Source: Terriglobia bacterium
GTDB lineage: Bacteria; Acidobacteriota; Terriglobia; 20CM-2-55-15
NCBI GenBank assembly: GCA_965198225.1
Contig: CBDAOY010000008.1
Coordinates: 224,001-288,000 of the forward strand
Direction of reading: 5' to 3'
DNA length: 64,000 nucleotides
Shown here piece by piece: positions 28,916 to 38,805 of this stretch (its first letter is position 1; the number at the start of each line of letters is the position of its first letter). Under the pieces are notes generated by a model, which ran no database searches, was not told where the DNA came from, and saw only the letters and a list, made by a program, of their open reading frames with translations. A program made the translations under genes and the position numbers.

Positions 28916-29086
28916 GATTACCTCCAACAAACTTCCTTTGGACACACCTCCTGTGAGTGCCAAATGGTTATGGGAATCTAACGTAGGTCATCCTGCTGCT
29001 GCGGCGGCTCCTGTCCGTCCGGAGACCGATTCCCGGTACCCACTCAGTCGTGGCAAAAGAGATAGTTTCTACTCAATGCTTATATG

Positions 29087-29754
29087 CCAGGATTATACGA
29101 CCCGTCAATTTATTTGACCAGCAGCCCCCCCCCCCCCCCGCAAACGGTCTTCTCGCAGAGGTGTAAAAGCAGTATTTTCAGTGGGTTAGCTCTGGATGCG
29201 CGCTGACCCGGGCCGGTTTGGTTGCGTTAGAGACTCGCGGGAGGTGCGAACAACCGCTAACGACTTACGAGCAACTGACTACTGACTAGCGGTGAAGTCG
29301 CCGCTCCAACAACGTAGCCGTTGCGATAGCTCACCGGGCGCGTCGACTACAAGTCGGCGACGCTCATTCTTTCTTCGTCCCAGCAGCTGAATCAAGTCAC
29401 TTCTCCTCCAACAGTTCCTGTACGTAATGCGGTGAAGACCCAGACTGGATCTGCTCTCGGCTTACGTCGCACATCTTCCAGACTACGCGCCGGGTTTTTA
29501 ATTCAATGAACTCCGGAAGGATCCTAATCACCGTTCTATGCTACTTCTACACCACACTTTTGAGGGTGATCCCAGGATTATACGACCCGTCAATTTATTT
29601 GACCCCCCCCCCCCCCGCAAACGGTCTTCTCGCAGAGGTGTAAAAGCAGTATGTTCTAGATCTGGATGCGCGCTGACGTTAGAGACTCGCGGGAGGGTGC
29701 GAACAACCGCTAACGACTTACGAGCAACTGACTACTGACTACTGACTACCGACT
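29087..29754. repeat. Imperfect ~170-200-bp direct duplication with poly-C tracts and ACTGACT heptamers
   Basis: Copies at 29087-29288 and 29572-29754; C15 (29125-29139) versus C14 (29603-29616). Confidence 0.85.
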
Positions 29755-30679
29755 ACTGCCCCCCCTTTCTCAACACGAATTTCCTGAGGCTGGAGGTGCG
29801 GTTCGACGCCACGTAGACGTTACCCATCGGGTCGACTTCGATCCCGTGTGCGCCCTCGGCCCCTTCGATCACGTCGATCAGTTTTCCGTTCAAATCGGCT
29901 ATGGCGACCCGATGCAGTACGCCGTCCGCGATGAAAACTTTGCCTTCCCAGATAGCCAGACCGTACGGCCGGCCCAGGTCGGTCCATTGTTCGAGGAAGT
30001 TTCCTCGAGCGTCGAAAACCTGCACTCGATCGTTCTGCCGGTCGGCGACGAGCACGCGTCCATCGGGGTCGAGAGCGACTGAATGCGGCAGGTTGAACTG
30101 TCCGGGATCCTCGCCCCTGGTCCCCCAGCTCCGGATGAACGTACCGTCCTTCGAGAACTGGGCGACCCGGGAGTTGCCGTAGCCATCGGACACATAGAAA
30201 TCCCCGTTGGGTGCAACGGCGACATCGGTCGGCCGGTTAAACGTGTCGGGGCCATCGCCGGCGACGTCATACTTCCCGAGCGTCATCAAAAGTCGTCCGT
30301 CGGCGCTGAACTTCTTGACCTGATGGCCCTGCCCGTCGGTCGCCCAGATGTTGCCCGAGTGGTCGACCCTCAAACCGTGAGTCCACTTGGCTATTCCCTC
30401 GCCCCAGGACCGGAGAAACTTACCGTTGTTATCGAAGCTGAATATCGGTCCCTCACGTCGGAAGGCGTGGACGAAACCGCGCTCATCGATCGCGACCCAG
30501 GAGACGGCTCCCCATTCCGAACCGTCCGGAAGCTCGGCCCAGTTCTCGTCCAGTTCGTAGTTTCCGCTGGGCGGCACGGTCGCGGCGGACAGCAGGGTGG
30601 GCTGCCTTTGGCCACCGGCCGGGGTAGAGAGCAGGGTCAAGGTCATCATCAGGACACAAAAAACCCGTACACTCCGCAT
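29753..30679 (-). CDS. Exported NHL-repeat beta-propeller (peptidyl-alpha-hydroxyglycine lyase-like)
   Basis: Signal peptide; FNRPTDVAV, VSDGYGNSRV, GQFNLPHSVA, VADRQNDRVQVFD. Confidence 0.85.
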   Translation of the reverse strand: MRSVRVFCVLMMTLTLLSTPAGGQRQPTLLSAATVPPSGNYELDENWAELPDGSEWGAVSWVAIDERGFVHAFRREGPIFSFDNNGKFLRSWGEGIAKWTHGLRVDHSGNIWATDGQGHQVKKFSADGRLLMTLGKYDVAGDGPDTFNRPTDVAVAPNGDFYVSDGYGNSRVAQFSKDGTFIRSWGTRGEDPGQFNLPHSVALDPDGRVLVADRQNDRVQVFDARGNFLEQWTDLGRPYGLAIWEGKVFIADGVLHRVAIADLNGKLIDVIEGAEGAHGIEVDPMGNVYVASNRTSSLRKFVLRKGGQ

Positions 30680-30789
30680 GCAAAGACCTCCCTTACGAGA
30701 AAGTTGGCTCGATTCTATCCGCACCGCGAGCGATTCCCTACGTAATTGAAACAGGTAAAGTGGACCTTGGAGTGGGTCTGCTCCTTCGC

Positions 30790-31335
30790 CTACGGGGAGA
30801 CTTCCATCCGTTCATCGTCGGGCATGTAGAGCCGGAGCCAGCGGATCTTGCCCTCCTGGATCTGGAAGAAGGCTGCGCCGGGAGACATCCAGCGCTTCGA
30901 TGTCTCACGATCGTTGTAGGCCCCGATCAGTTCGACTGCCACCGATGTTCCGCCCCAGGGCCCCTCAGTAATATGGAACAACTGTACCGCCTCTTCGTTC
31001 GCGGTCACTGCCCGGACGCGGAATTCGATGTTCGTGTTCGCGTTGGCAAAGTCCGAGGTGAACTTTCGGATCGCGCTATGCCCCTCGTAGAGTACCGTCC
31101 CGATCTGCCGGGGGTTCGGTCCGACCTGGTGATAGGCATCCCGAAGATACAACCCGACCACGCTTTCGGTGGCTTCGGCAGAACCATCCAGAGCATTCCA
31201 GGCGGCCAGCCAGTCCCGAACGACGGCTATCGGATCCTGGCCCGTTTCCTGATTCTGGTTGTCTTGGGCGCCGACCTCAGCTGCAGGCGCGATCGCGACC
31301 ACCAGCGCGGCGACGAGGGGTAGGAATCTTCGCAC
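30790..31335 (-). CDS. Exported SnoaL/NTF2-like protein
   Basis: GTG start with GGAG RBS, signal peptide, VRDWLAAWN..YEGHSAIRKF..FFQIQEGKIRWLRLY. Confidence 0.65.
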   Translation of the reverse strand: MRRFLPLVAALVVAIAPAAEVGAQDNQNQETGQDPIAVVRDWLAAWNALDGSAEATESVVGLYLRDAYHQVGPNPRQIGTVLYEGHSAIRKFTSDFANANTNIEFRVRAVTANEEAVQLFHITEGPWGGTSVAVELIGAYNDRETSKRWMSPGAAFFQIQEGKIRWLRLYMPDDERMEVSP

Positions 31336-31520
31336 TTGTAATTCTCCCGACGAGTGGATCTTGACCGTGGCGAGTTTGGCCGAGCACTCCCTTGCTTGGG
31401 GGGGGCCGCTATCGTTGCGAGCAAACCTCGTCCCGCTCACGGGAAGCGGAGAAGCGCGCCGGCCAGTTTCGAATATCGGGGAGCATTTCTCCGATCGATT
31501 TCAACTGCGAAAACCGAATT

Positions 31521-33167
31521 CTATTTCTCTCTTGGCGCTTTGACAAATTGCCCTGTGACGGGATCGTACTTGCGGCCCTTGATGATGCCCAGGATTTCTT
31601 CATCATCCACCTGGATCGGTTCCGGAGCTCCCAACTTTTGCAGGAGAGCGATCGTTTCAGGGTGTTTCCTGGGAACGCTGCTAACCAGAGACGGACCATT
31701 TGCCATGTCCGTCACCGCCCAGCCAAGCTTGGTCCTGACGTCGACCCGGGAACCTCTGTCGACCAGGTATTGGACGAGTTCACTGTCTCCTCTCCACGCC
31801 GCGCCCATCAACGCTGTAAAACCGCCCTCATCGGACGCGACGTTGACGTCGAGTCCCAGCTGCTCGACCAGATACCTGACGGTCTCCAGGAAACCGTCCG
31901 GCGCATTGACCGAGTTTTCTCCCGCCCAGCCGATTCCCGCGGCGACCGCCAGCGGCGTCAAATTGTCGTCCGACGGAATCTTCGGGTCGGCGCCATAGGC
32001 GACGAGAAGTTTCATCGCGCCGATATCCGTCGCTTGCGCTGCCCGCCAAAACGCCGTCGTTCCGGACACCACTTCCCACTCCTCCTTGTGATGGGGCGGG
32101 TTGAACCACACGGAAGCCAGTATCCTGGCGTTCGGTTCGGCGCCCTGCTCCAGGAGCGCCTTCATCAGATCCAGATGACTGACCTTCTCCTGGGCAATAC
32201 CCGACGCGGAGGTGGCCGGGGTTGGTGTCCACGCCAGTGGCGCCCATTTGCTGTGCAATAGTGCGTACAGAGGAGCGAGCCCATCGGTGCTGGGGAGGTT
32301 GGGGTCCGCTCCGTGGTCCAGCAGGTAATCCGCGATCTCGTACCTGCCGTTGTTGATCGCGATTAGCATGGGGCTGGTGTTGTCCACCGCATTGACCCGA
32401 TTGACATTGGCTCCGCCTAAAACCAGCGCGCGCACGCTGGCAATATGGCCTTCGCGAGCGGCATAGTGCAACGCTGCCATACCACCCGTGCCGAGGATCT
32501 TTCCCGAATTCCTCGGCCGCGGCCTCGTCTCTCCGGTTCGAGACGGCGCCGGAACAGGGTTACCATCCTCGTCAATAAGGTTTTCATTGATCGCGACGAT
32601 CTTGGACCTGAGGTCCAGATCTGCACCCCGGGACGCCAGCAGGCTGACAACCGGCGCCCGATTCAGCGCAGCCGCGAACATCACCGCCGTCTGCTGGCCC
32701 GCGGCTTCGGTCGCGTTCACGTCCGCTCCATGGTCCAGCAGCGCTTCCACTGCCTCCACGCCACCCGAGGCCGCCGCCTGCATGAGAGGGGTCGTCCCGA
32801 GGCCAGTGGCCAGACTTGTGTCTGCACCAGCCTCCAACAGCAACCCGATCATCGCTGCGCTCCCGTTCCTGGCGGCGAAGGCCAGCGGGGTAATCGACCC
32901 CACCCGCGTTCCGGCCTTCAAGCCCGCGCCTGCCTGAATCAGCACCCGCGCCATCTCCAGGTCATTGTTGTACGCCGCCCAGTGCAGCGCCGTCATGCCA
33001 TCGCCCTGGGCTGCATTGACATCGACCCTCTGATTCAGGAGCGAACGAACCGCATCTATGTCGCCCTGCATCGCGGCATCGGCCAATCGAACGTCACCGG
33101 TAGCGCCTATCATCGCCGCGGCCATGCCAACTACGCAGAGTCCAGTCACTAAGGCCGTACGCAACAT
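31521..33167 (-). CDS. Secreted ankyrin-repeat protein (cassette 3)
   Basis: Start MLRTALV; ankyrin repeats; collinear with other copies. Confidence 0.92.
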   Translation of the reverse strand: MLRTALVTGLCVVGMAAAMIGATGDVRLADAAMQGDIDAVRSLLNQRVDVNAAQGDGMTALHWAAYNNDLEMARVLIQAGAGLKAGTRVGSITPLAFAARNGSAAMIGLLLEAGADTSLATGLGTTPLMQAAASGGVEAVEALLDHGADVNATEAAGQQTAVMFAAALNRAPVVSLLASRGADLDLRSKIVAINENLIDEDGNPVPAPSRTGETRPRPRNSGKILGTGGMAALHYAAREGHIASVRALVLGGANVNRVNAVDNTSPMLIAINNGRYEIADYLLDHGADPNLPSTDGLAPLYALLHSKWAPLAWTPTPATSASGIAQEKVSHLDLMKALLEQGAEPNARILASVWFNPPHHKEEWEVVSGTTAFWRAAQATDIGAMKLLVAYGADPKIPSDDNLTPLAVAAGIGWAGENSVNAPDGFLETVRYLVEQLGLDVNVASDEGGFTALMGAAWRGDSELVQYLVDRGSRVDVRTKLGWAVTDMANGPSLVSSVPRKHPETIALLQKLGAPEPIQVDDEEILGIIKGRKYDPVTGQFVKAPREK

Positions 33168-33190
33168 ATGTCGTTTCTCCTCGGAGGCCC

Positions 33191-34570
33191 TCATATGGCA
33201 AGCTCTCCCGTGCTATCGCCGATTTCGTCCACGTCCTCAACCCCGAGCCTGTGCAGAATGGTCAGCAGAAGGTTCGCCATCGGAGTTCCTTCCGGGCATT
33301 CGAGGTGGAAATTGCCTTTGATCTGGCCGTTGGCGTGACCGGCTAGAAAAATCGGCAGGCGCAGATGTTCGTGTACATGGGAGTCCCCCATGGGACTGCC
33401 ATACATCACCAAGGTGTGGTCTAAGAGGTTGCCGTCGCCGTCGGGCGTGTCTTTCAACTTCTCGATGAAGGGAGCCACTGTACTGACGTGATACTGGTTC
33501 AACCGGGCGAACTCGGCGATACTCCCCGGATCTTGTCCGTGATGCGAAGCCGAGTGGAAGGGAATCGAGACCCCGCTGTCCGGGTAGACCGCCGAACTGA
33601 CGTCACGCGCCAGCTTGAACGCCGAAACGCGGGTGGTCTCCGTCATGAAAGCCAGTACCTGCAAATCGAGCATCAGGCTCATATGCTCCGCCCACGAGTC
33701 CGGCACGCCAATCGGGGCGTCCGGCAGCTGTCTCTCTCCGTCATGTTCCGCGTTGTATCGTTCGATCTTCTGAATCCGCCGCTCGATCTCGCGGACGTTC
33801 TCGAGGTAACTGTTAAGACGGTTGCGGTCGTTCGGGCCCACTTCCCTTTGTAGCCGAGCTGCTGAGCGCGCGATCCTGTCCAGAATGCTTCCGTTCTCCC
33901 GCAGCCGGGTGGCGCGCTCTTCCGATGTGCCACCGCCGCCGAACAGGCGTTCGAAAGTCACGCGCGGATTCCTCTCCATGGGTAACGGAGTGGTCGGTGA
34001 TGACCAGGAGATGGTGTCGGTGTAAACACAGCTGTAGCCATACCCGCAGGCAGCCGACAAGGAACCCGCGGACTCGATCGAGAGCTGGAGCGACGGCAAC
34101 GGTGTGTCCCGGCCGAACCGCTGCGCGTAGATCTGGTCGATCGAAGGGCCGCAAAAGTAATCCGCTCCCTCCGTTTTCTTCGGATGGGCTGCGGTCAAGT
34201 ACACCGCCGACGAGCGGGTATGATCGGCGCCCTCCTCGTTCGAGGTCCGAGCCCTTGCGTTCTCGAGATCCGTATTCGTAACGATTGTGATGTACTCCCG
34301 ATAGGGTTCGAGCGACTTCAACGTGGAAGTGAACTCAAAATCGGAGCCGGCTCTTTCGGGCGACCAGTAGTGAAGTTTCTGCCCTGTCCGCGTGCTGCCT
34401 GCTGCGCCATGAACCTGTTCGATGGCGCAGAGGCGGGGCGGTCGTGCCGCGGCCGTCTTGCGCAAAGGCGTCTGGGCCGGCAGCATCGACTCCAGAAACG
34501 GCAGCGCCGCCGCAACACCCATGCCTCGGAGAACCGTGCGTCGGGAGATATGCTTCTTCGTAATAAACAT
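33191..34570 (-). CDS. DUF1552 (HXXSHH) protein (cassette 3)
   Basis: SRRTVLRG, CGYGYSCVY, FHSASHHG. Confidence 0.9.
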   Translation of the reverse strand: MFITKKHISRRTVLRGMGVAAALPFLESMLPAQTPLRKTAAARPPRLCAIEQVHGAAGSTRTGQKLHYWSPERAGSDFEFTSTLKSLEPYREYITIVTNTDLENARARTSNEEGADHTRSSAVYLTAAHPKKTEGADYFCGPSIDQIYAQRFGRDTPLPSLQLSIESAGSLSAACGYGYSCVYTDTISWSSPTTPLPMERNPRVTFERLFGGGGTSEERATRLRENGSILDRIARSAARLQREVGPNDRNRLNSYLENVREIERRIQKIERYNAEHDGERQLPDAPIGVPDSWAEHMSLMLDLQVLAFMTETTRVSAFKLARDVSSAVYPDSGVSIPFHSASHHGQDPGSIAEFARLNQYHVSTVAPFIEKLKDTPDGDGNLLDHTLVMYGSPMGDSHVHEHLRLPIFLAGHANGQIKGNFHLECPEGTPMANLLLTILHRLGVEDVDEIGDSTGELAI

Positions 34571-34623
34571 CTGTTGGTACCCTCTCCGTACTTGGATCGT
34601 TTGTTTCGATTTAATCGAGTCCG

Positions 34624-37149
34624 CTAAGGGCTGGGAACGGCCTCCTGTCTCCGCTTCCCGGCGTCGGGACCCACGTCAGCCGCGGGGGCGGAATTCGTGG
34701 CTAAGGGCTCCACCTTTCTCATTTGGAACGGCATGCTGTTCACGATGCCCATAACGATTGACGTGAACCGGCTATCGTTCCGGGCGGCCTGCCGTCCGAT
34801 CTCGCGAACCACCGGCATGTCGATGTACGTGAATTCACGGCCTAAAGCATAAGTCACCAGCTTTACGATGAAGTTCCGGACATACGCATCAGAGTACTTC
34901 AACAGCGCCTGCCGCAGGTCGGCCGGGTTATTCACTTTGGTTCCGTCAACCAACTCACTCCCCGACTCTACAGGGAAGCCACTGTCGTGGGTGCGCCATG
35001 CCCCGATCGCGTCAAAGTTCTCCAGCGCCAGGCCTATCGGATCCATGATTTTATGGCAGGAGGCGCACGGTTCCCTCGTGCGGTGCTGTTCCAGACGGTC
35101 GCGCACCGATCGAAGCCTGAGCGGTTCACCGCCTCTACCCAAGGTGTTCTCCTCCAGGAGCGGTACGTTGGGAGGAGGTATCGGAGCAGTCACGCCCAGA
35201 ATCTCCTCCAGGATCCACTTGCCACGCACCACCGGGGAGGTCCGGTTGGAGAACGAGGTTACCGACAGAATGCTCCCCTGGCCCAACAGTCCCAAACGGC
35301 TCTCATCCTGTAGCTTCACGCGCCGGAATCTATTCCCCAGGACATTCGGAATTCCGTAGTGTTTCGCCAGACGCTCATTAACAAACGTGTAGTCCGCCGT
35401 CAGCAGATCGACAACACTTCGGTTCTCGCGCACGATGCTGTCGAAGAGCAACTCCGTCTCCCTTCGCATCGATTCGAGCAAGTTCTGGTCCGCGTCCGCA
35501 TACAGGTAAACATCGGGGAGCAATTCCCTGAGATTGCGCAAGTGCAGCCACTGTCCCGCAAAGTTTTTAGCCAGTGCTTCTGAGCGAGGGTCGGCCAGCA
35601 TGCGGCGCACCTGCTGCTCGAGTACCGCCGGATCCTTGAGTTTTTCCTGGCTGGCCAGGGTGATGAGTTGGTCGTCGGGGAGGCTGCTCCACAGGAAAAA
35701 CGCCAAGCGGGAAGCCAGCTCCAGGTCACTGATGCGATAGTTCGCACCCGCGACGGCATTGGTGGGTGTGCGCTCCACACGGAATACGAATTCGGGGTTC
35801 GCAATGATGAACTGCAAGGCCATTCGGATCCCCGTGTCGAAATCCGCCTGGTTGGCTCCTTCCTGGTAAGCGCTCATCAGCTCCTCGACATTCTCATCCG
35901 TCAACGGCCGCCGAAACGCATGCCGTGCCAGCGTTGTGATGATGTCGGCAGCGCAAGGCCCCTCTTCGCCCGCCGTGGCGGGCCGGCAGGTGAATATCTT
36001 GCGGCGGCTGGGCGTCTCGCTCACCCCTGTTGCGCTGTAGGGACCCATGATCGTGAGGTCTCTCAGGTGGGGAGGGTTTGTCAGCCCCTCGACCTGGCCC
36101 GAAAAATCATCGGCCAGGCTCCGCTCCGGCCGCCAGATGGGGTCTTCGATCGGGCCGTCGGCAAGGTCCACAAACGAGGCCGAGATTTTCTGCGGACCTG
36201 CCTTCACCCGGATCGGCGGCGTCCGCAGGTCGTTTTCGCCCGCTGTCATCAAGGGGTTGATGTCGAACAGCGCAACCCTCTCGCCGTTCACGGCCACCTC
36301 GAGTTGCTCGCCGTACATGGTGCTGCCGAAGAGGAAAGTGTTTCTCGTGAAGACCAGCAGCATTCGGAACACGTACTCGCCATCGGCCGGGAAGTTATGC
36401 ACTACGGCGATTCCGCCGCGCGTGCCGAACGGCGTACCCTCGACGTGACGTATCTGCGAGAAATTCGTTCCGAGACGGTATGTCTCCTCGATGGGGCTCA
36501 TCCGAGGGTCGCCAACAGCGAGACGACCGATCTTGCCGGCCGCTTGGACGTACGCCTCCAGCAGCGTGGGCGAAATGGCCAGGACCTCTGAAATGTTGTC
36601 GAAACCCTGGCTCCTCGTGTCGGCCGGCAGAAGCGACTCCGAGTCGACCTCCAGGTCAAGCAAGTCGCGGATCGCGTTGGCATATTCGGTTCGGTTGAGC
36701 CGGTGGAGGTACGGCGTTCCTGGATTCGGAGTAGAGGCGGCAGCGCGGTCGATCTCGGCTTCCAACGCCCGGGCAAAGGCCCTGACCGTCTCTTGGGTCG
36801 GCCGCGGCGAGCCCGCGGGAGGCATCATGCCCGTCCGCAGCTTGAGGATGATCCTTTCGGCCACCTGAGCGTTCAGCTCCGGATGCGCCAGGTCAACGTC
36901 TGAAAACGAGAAGCCTCCCGTTCGCACGTCATCGTCATGGCAGTATTCGCAGTACTGTCCGGCTAACTTCTGCCGCTCTTCTACCGGCATCGTGCCGGGC
37001 GTCTCAGGCTCTTGCAGGATCGCACCCGGCACAGGCGCGACCCGGAGCCCGCCCAACGCCTGAGCCAATGCGGGTACCGGGCTCAAGGCTTGCCCCATGG
37101 TCAACGCCGCTACAATCACCAAAAAACCGGGAAGGACAACTCTCTTCAT
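34624..37149 (-). CDS. PSD/DUF1592-family di-heme protein (cassette 3)
   Basis: CEYCH..GMMPP; CASCH; collinear with other copies. Confidence 0.9.
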   Translation of the reverse strand: MKRVVLPGFLVIVAALTMGQALSPVPALAQALGGLRVAPVPGAILQEPETPGTMPVEERQKLAGQYCEYCHDDDVRTGGFSFSDVDLAHPELNAQVAERIILKLRTGMMPPAGSPRPTQETVRAFARALEAEIDRAAASTPNPGTPYLHRLNRTEYANAIRDLLDLEVDSESLLPADTRSQGFDNISEVLAISPTLLEAYVQAAGKIGRLAVGDPRMSPIEETYRLGTNFSQIRHVEGTPFGTRGGIAVVHNFPADGEYVFRMLLVFTRNTFLFGSTMYGEQLEVAVNGERVALFDINPLMTAGENDLRTPPIRVKAGPQKISASFVDLADGPIEDPIWRPERSLADDFSGQVEGLTNPPHLRDLTIMGPYSATGVSETPSRRKIFTCRPATAGEEGPCAADIITTLARHAFRRPLTDENVEELMSAYQEGANQADFDTGIRMALQFIIANPEFVFRVERTPTNAVAGANYRISDLELASRLAFFLWSSLPDDQLITLASQEKLKDPAVLEQQVRRMLADPRSEALAKNFAGQWLHLRNLRELLPDVYLYADADQNLLESMRRETELLFDSIVRENRSVVDLLTADYTFVNERLAKHYGIPNVLGNRFRRVKLQDESRLGLLGQGSILSVTSFSNRTSPVVRGKWILEEILGVTAPIPPPNVPLLEENTLGRGGEPLRLRSVRDRLEQHRTREPCASCHKIMDPIGLALENFDAIGAWRTHDSGFPVESGSELVDGTKVNNPADLRQALLKYSDAYVRNFIVKLVTYALGREFTYIDMPVVREIGRQAARNDSRFTSIVMGIVNSMPFQMRKVEPLATNSAPAADVGPDAGKRRQEAVPSP

Positions 37150-37481
37150 TAACGTTTCTCCCGCTGAGGGTAATGCCTGGTGCCTGGACTATCGAGGCCC
37201 CTCGAGTCCCGCCCGCCACCGCAAACAGGCGGCCCCGGTTCGTTCAGTGAAGAACCGAACGCTGCGCGAAAAATCTGGCCGATGAATAAGCTTCCGCAAT
37301 TATAGGTAGCAGGGGATTGAACCGCCAACAAAATGAGGACGTTCTACGACGGCGCGCTCATGCGGTCCCGGACTTCTGATGCCCGAGACTCGGAATGCCG
37401 AAGCGGAATCGCATGGATGGGTTCGGATGTGCGTGCCTCCCGGCGGGGACACTCCGACGCCTGGAGACCGGGGCGTTTCTA

Positions 37482-38291
37482 CTATTGCCTGCCCGGTTTA
37501 CCCCCACGGGTGCGGCGCGCATAGAGGGGACTGTACTCCAGCCCGTAGGGCGACTTGCGCCTCAGTCGGGCTTTCTCGGTAAAGAATTCCTCCTTCTGGT
37601 CTCGGATCTCTTCCAACTCCTCTTCGGTGCAATCGCGGAGAGTGGTCTCCTCTCGTGGGATGAAGAAAACCTGTCCGACAGGCAGGCTGTGCGTCCCGGG
37701 AAGCCCCTCCCCCGGTTCCAGGACGTAACGGAACTCGCTTTCGTGCGGGAACCAGTCGGTCTCGACCCGGATGACCAGCATTGGAGCGACCGGTCGCTCG
37801 ATCATGTTGAAGACGGGGGCGTAAATGGTGTCCCAGCCCTGCGGGGTCCGGAAGTTGGTCGCTCCGCGCAGCGTGACTGCGCCGGGCGGGGTCCCCAGGT
37901 CTTCCGGAACGATATAGGATCGCGCCATCGCGACGGCGTTCTCCCGGTTTATTGGAGGGTCTTTGATCAGAAACTCGACCTCTTCCTGCATCTTCCCGAT
38001 GCTTCCCACCGGAAGGACGAGCGTGAGCGCGAAGACCGCCTCCCACTTTCCTCCTCCAGGCGGGCGCACGAAATACAGGAACCTGTAACGTCCCTCTCCC
38101 TGGTACTCGACGTGGAACGATTCGTTGTCCTCGAGCGGGGGATAGACCAGGTATCCGAGTGAGCTCCCGGCCTCGAGCACGGGGCAGTGGCGGGCATGCT
38201 GTGGCAACAGAGGCCGCTGCGGTTCGCGACGCGGCTTCAAGCCCACGCCGGGGCGGTACGAGTTGGGGAATAGCTTTACTTCCATGCGCAT
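37482..38291 (-). CDS. Hypothetical protein, DUF6065-like
   Basis: HCPVLEAGSSLGY and RVETDWFP..PVGQVFFIPR resemble recalled DUF6065 motifs. Confidence 0.5.
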   Translation of the reverse strand: MRMEVKLFPNSYRPGVGLKPRREPQRPLLPQHARHCPVLEAGSSLGYLVYPPLEDNESFHVEYQGEGRYRFLYFVRPPGGGKWEAVFALTLVLPVGSIGKMQEEVEFLIKDPPINRENAVAMARSYIVPEDLGTPPGAVTLRGATNFRTPQGWDTIYAPVFNMIERPVAPMLVIRVETDWFPHESEFRYVLEPGEGLPGTHSLPVGQVFFIPREETTLRDCTEEELEEIRDQKEEFFTEKARLRRKSPYGLEYSPLYARRTRGGKPGRQ

Positions 38292-38298
38292 ATATTAG

Positions 38299-38355
38299 CA
38301 GCCCGTGGCAGAACTCTACAGGGCCGCGTTACGGCCAAACGGGGCCGGATTCTAG
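38299..38355. mobile_element. Truncated left arm of a palindromic element (60956-type), interrupted at its internal CTAG
   Basis: CAGCCCGTGGCAGAA..GCGTTACGGC..GCCGGATTCTAG parallels the left part of 60956-61224. Confidence 0.65.
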
Positions 38356-38622
38356 TGACCTGTAACAATGCTATCGGTACCAGCGTTCGGCGGAACGGCG
38401 TCGGATTTTAGGAGTGACGCCCGAGCCAATGCTGTTTCATTGCGAGGACGTCACGACACCGAAGACGGCGCCGTTGGGCCGAACCCTTCGGGCCGATGGG
38501 GGTTGCGGGCGATCTCTTTGTCGGAAGCCGTCACCGATGAAAGAGCATCGCTTTCCGTCTCCCTCCGCGACCTCGCCCGCAAGACCCATCGGCGATGGTG
38601 CCGATAGCACTGTTACAGGCCA
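38356..38622. mobile_element. MITE-like palindromic element, copy E1 (267 bp)
   Basis: Terminal inverted repeats TGACCTGTAACAATGCTATCGGTACCA / TGGTGCCGATAGCACTGTTACAGGCCA; flanks CTAG and CTTG. Confidence 0.8.
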
Positions 38623-38805
38623 CTTGGGATAGATCAAGCATGCCGGTGACTGCACGACTGACTCTCTCGGCGAAGGTTGGTCGTGCACTGAATCGCGATG
38701 TTTTCGGGGATTCAACTGGCCGGGCAGACAATATCTTTCCCAGAACGCCTTCATGTGCTATCGTTCTGTAACCAAACAACATAGGCATAATAAACAGGGG
38801 GCTCG

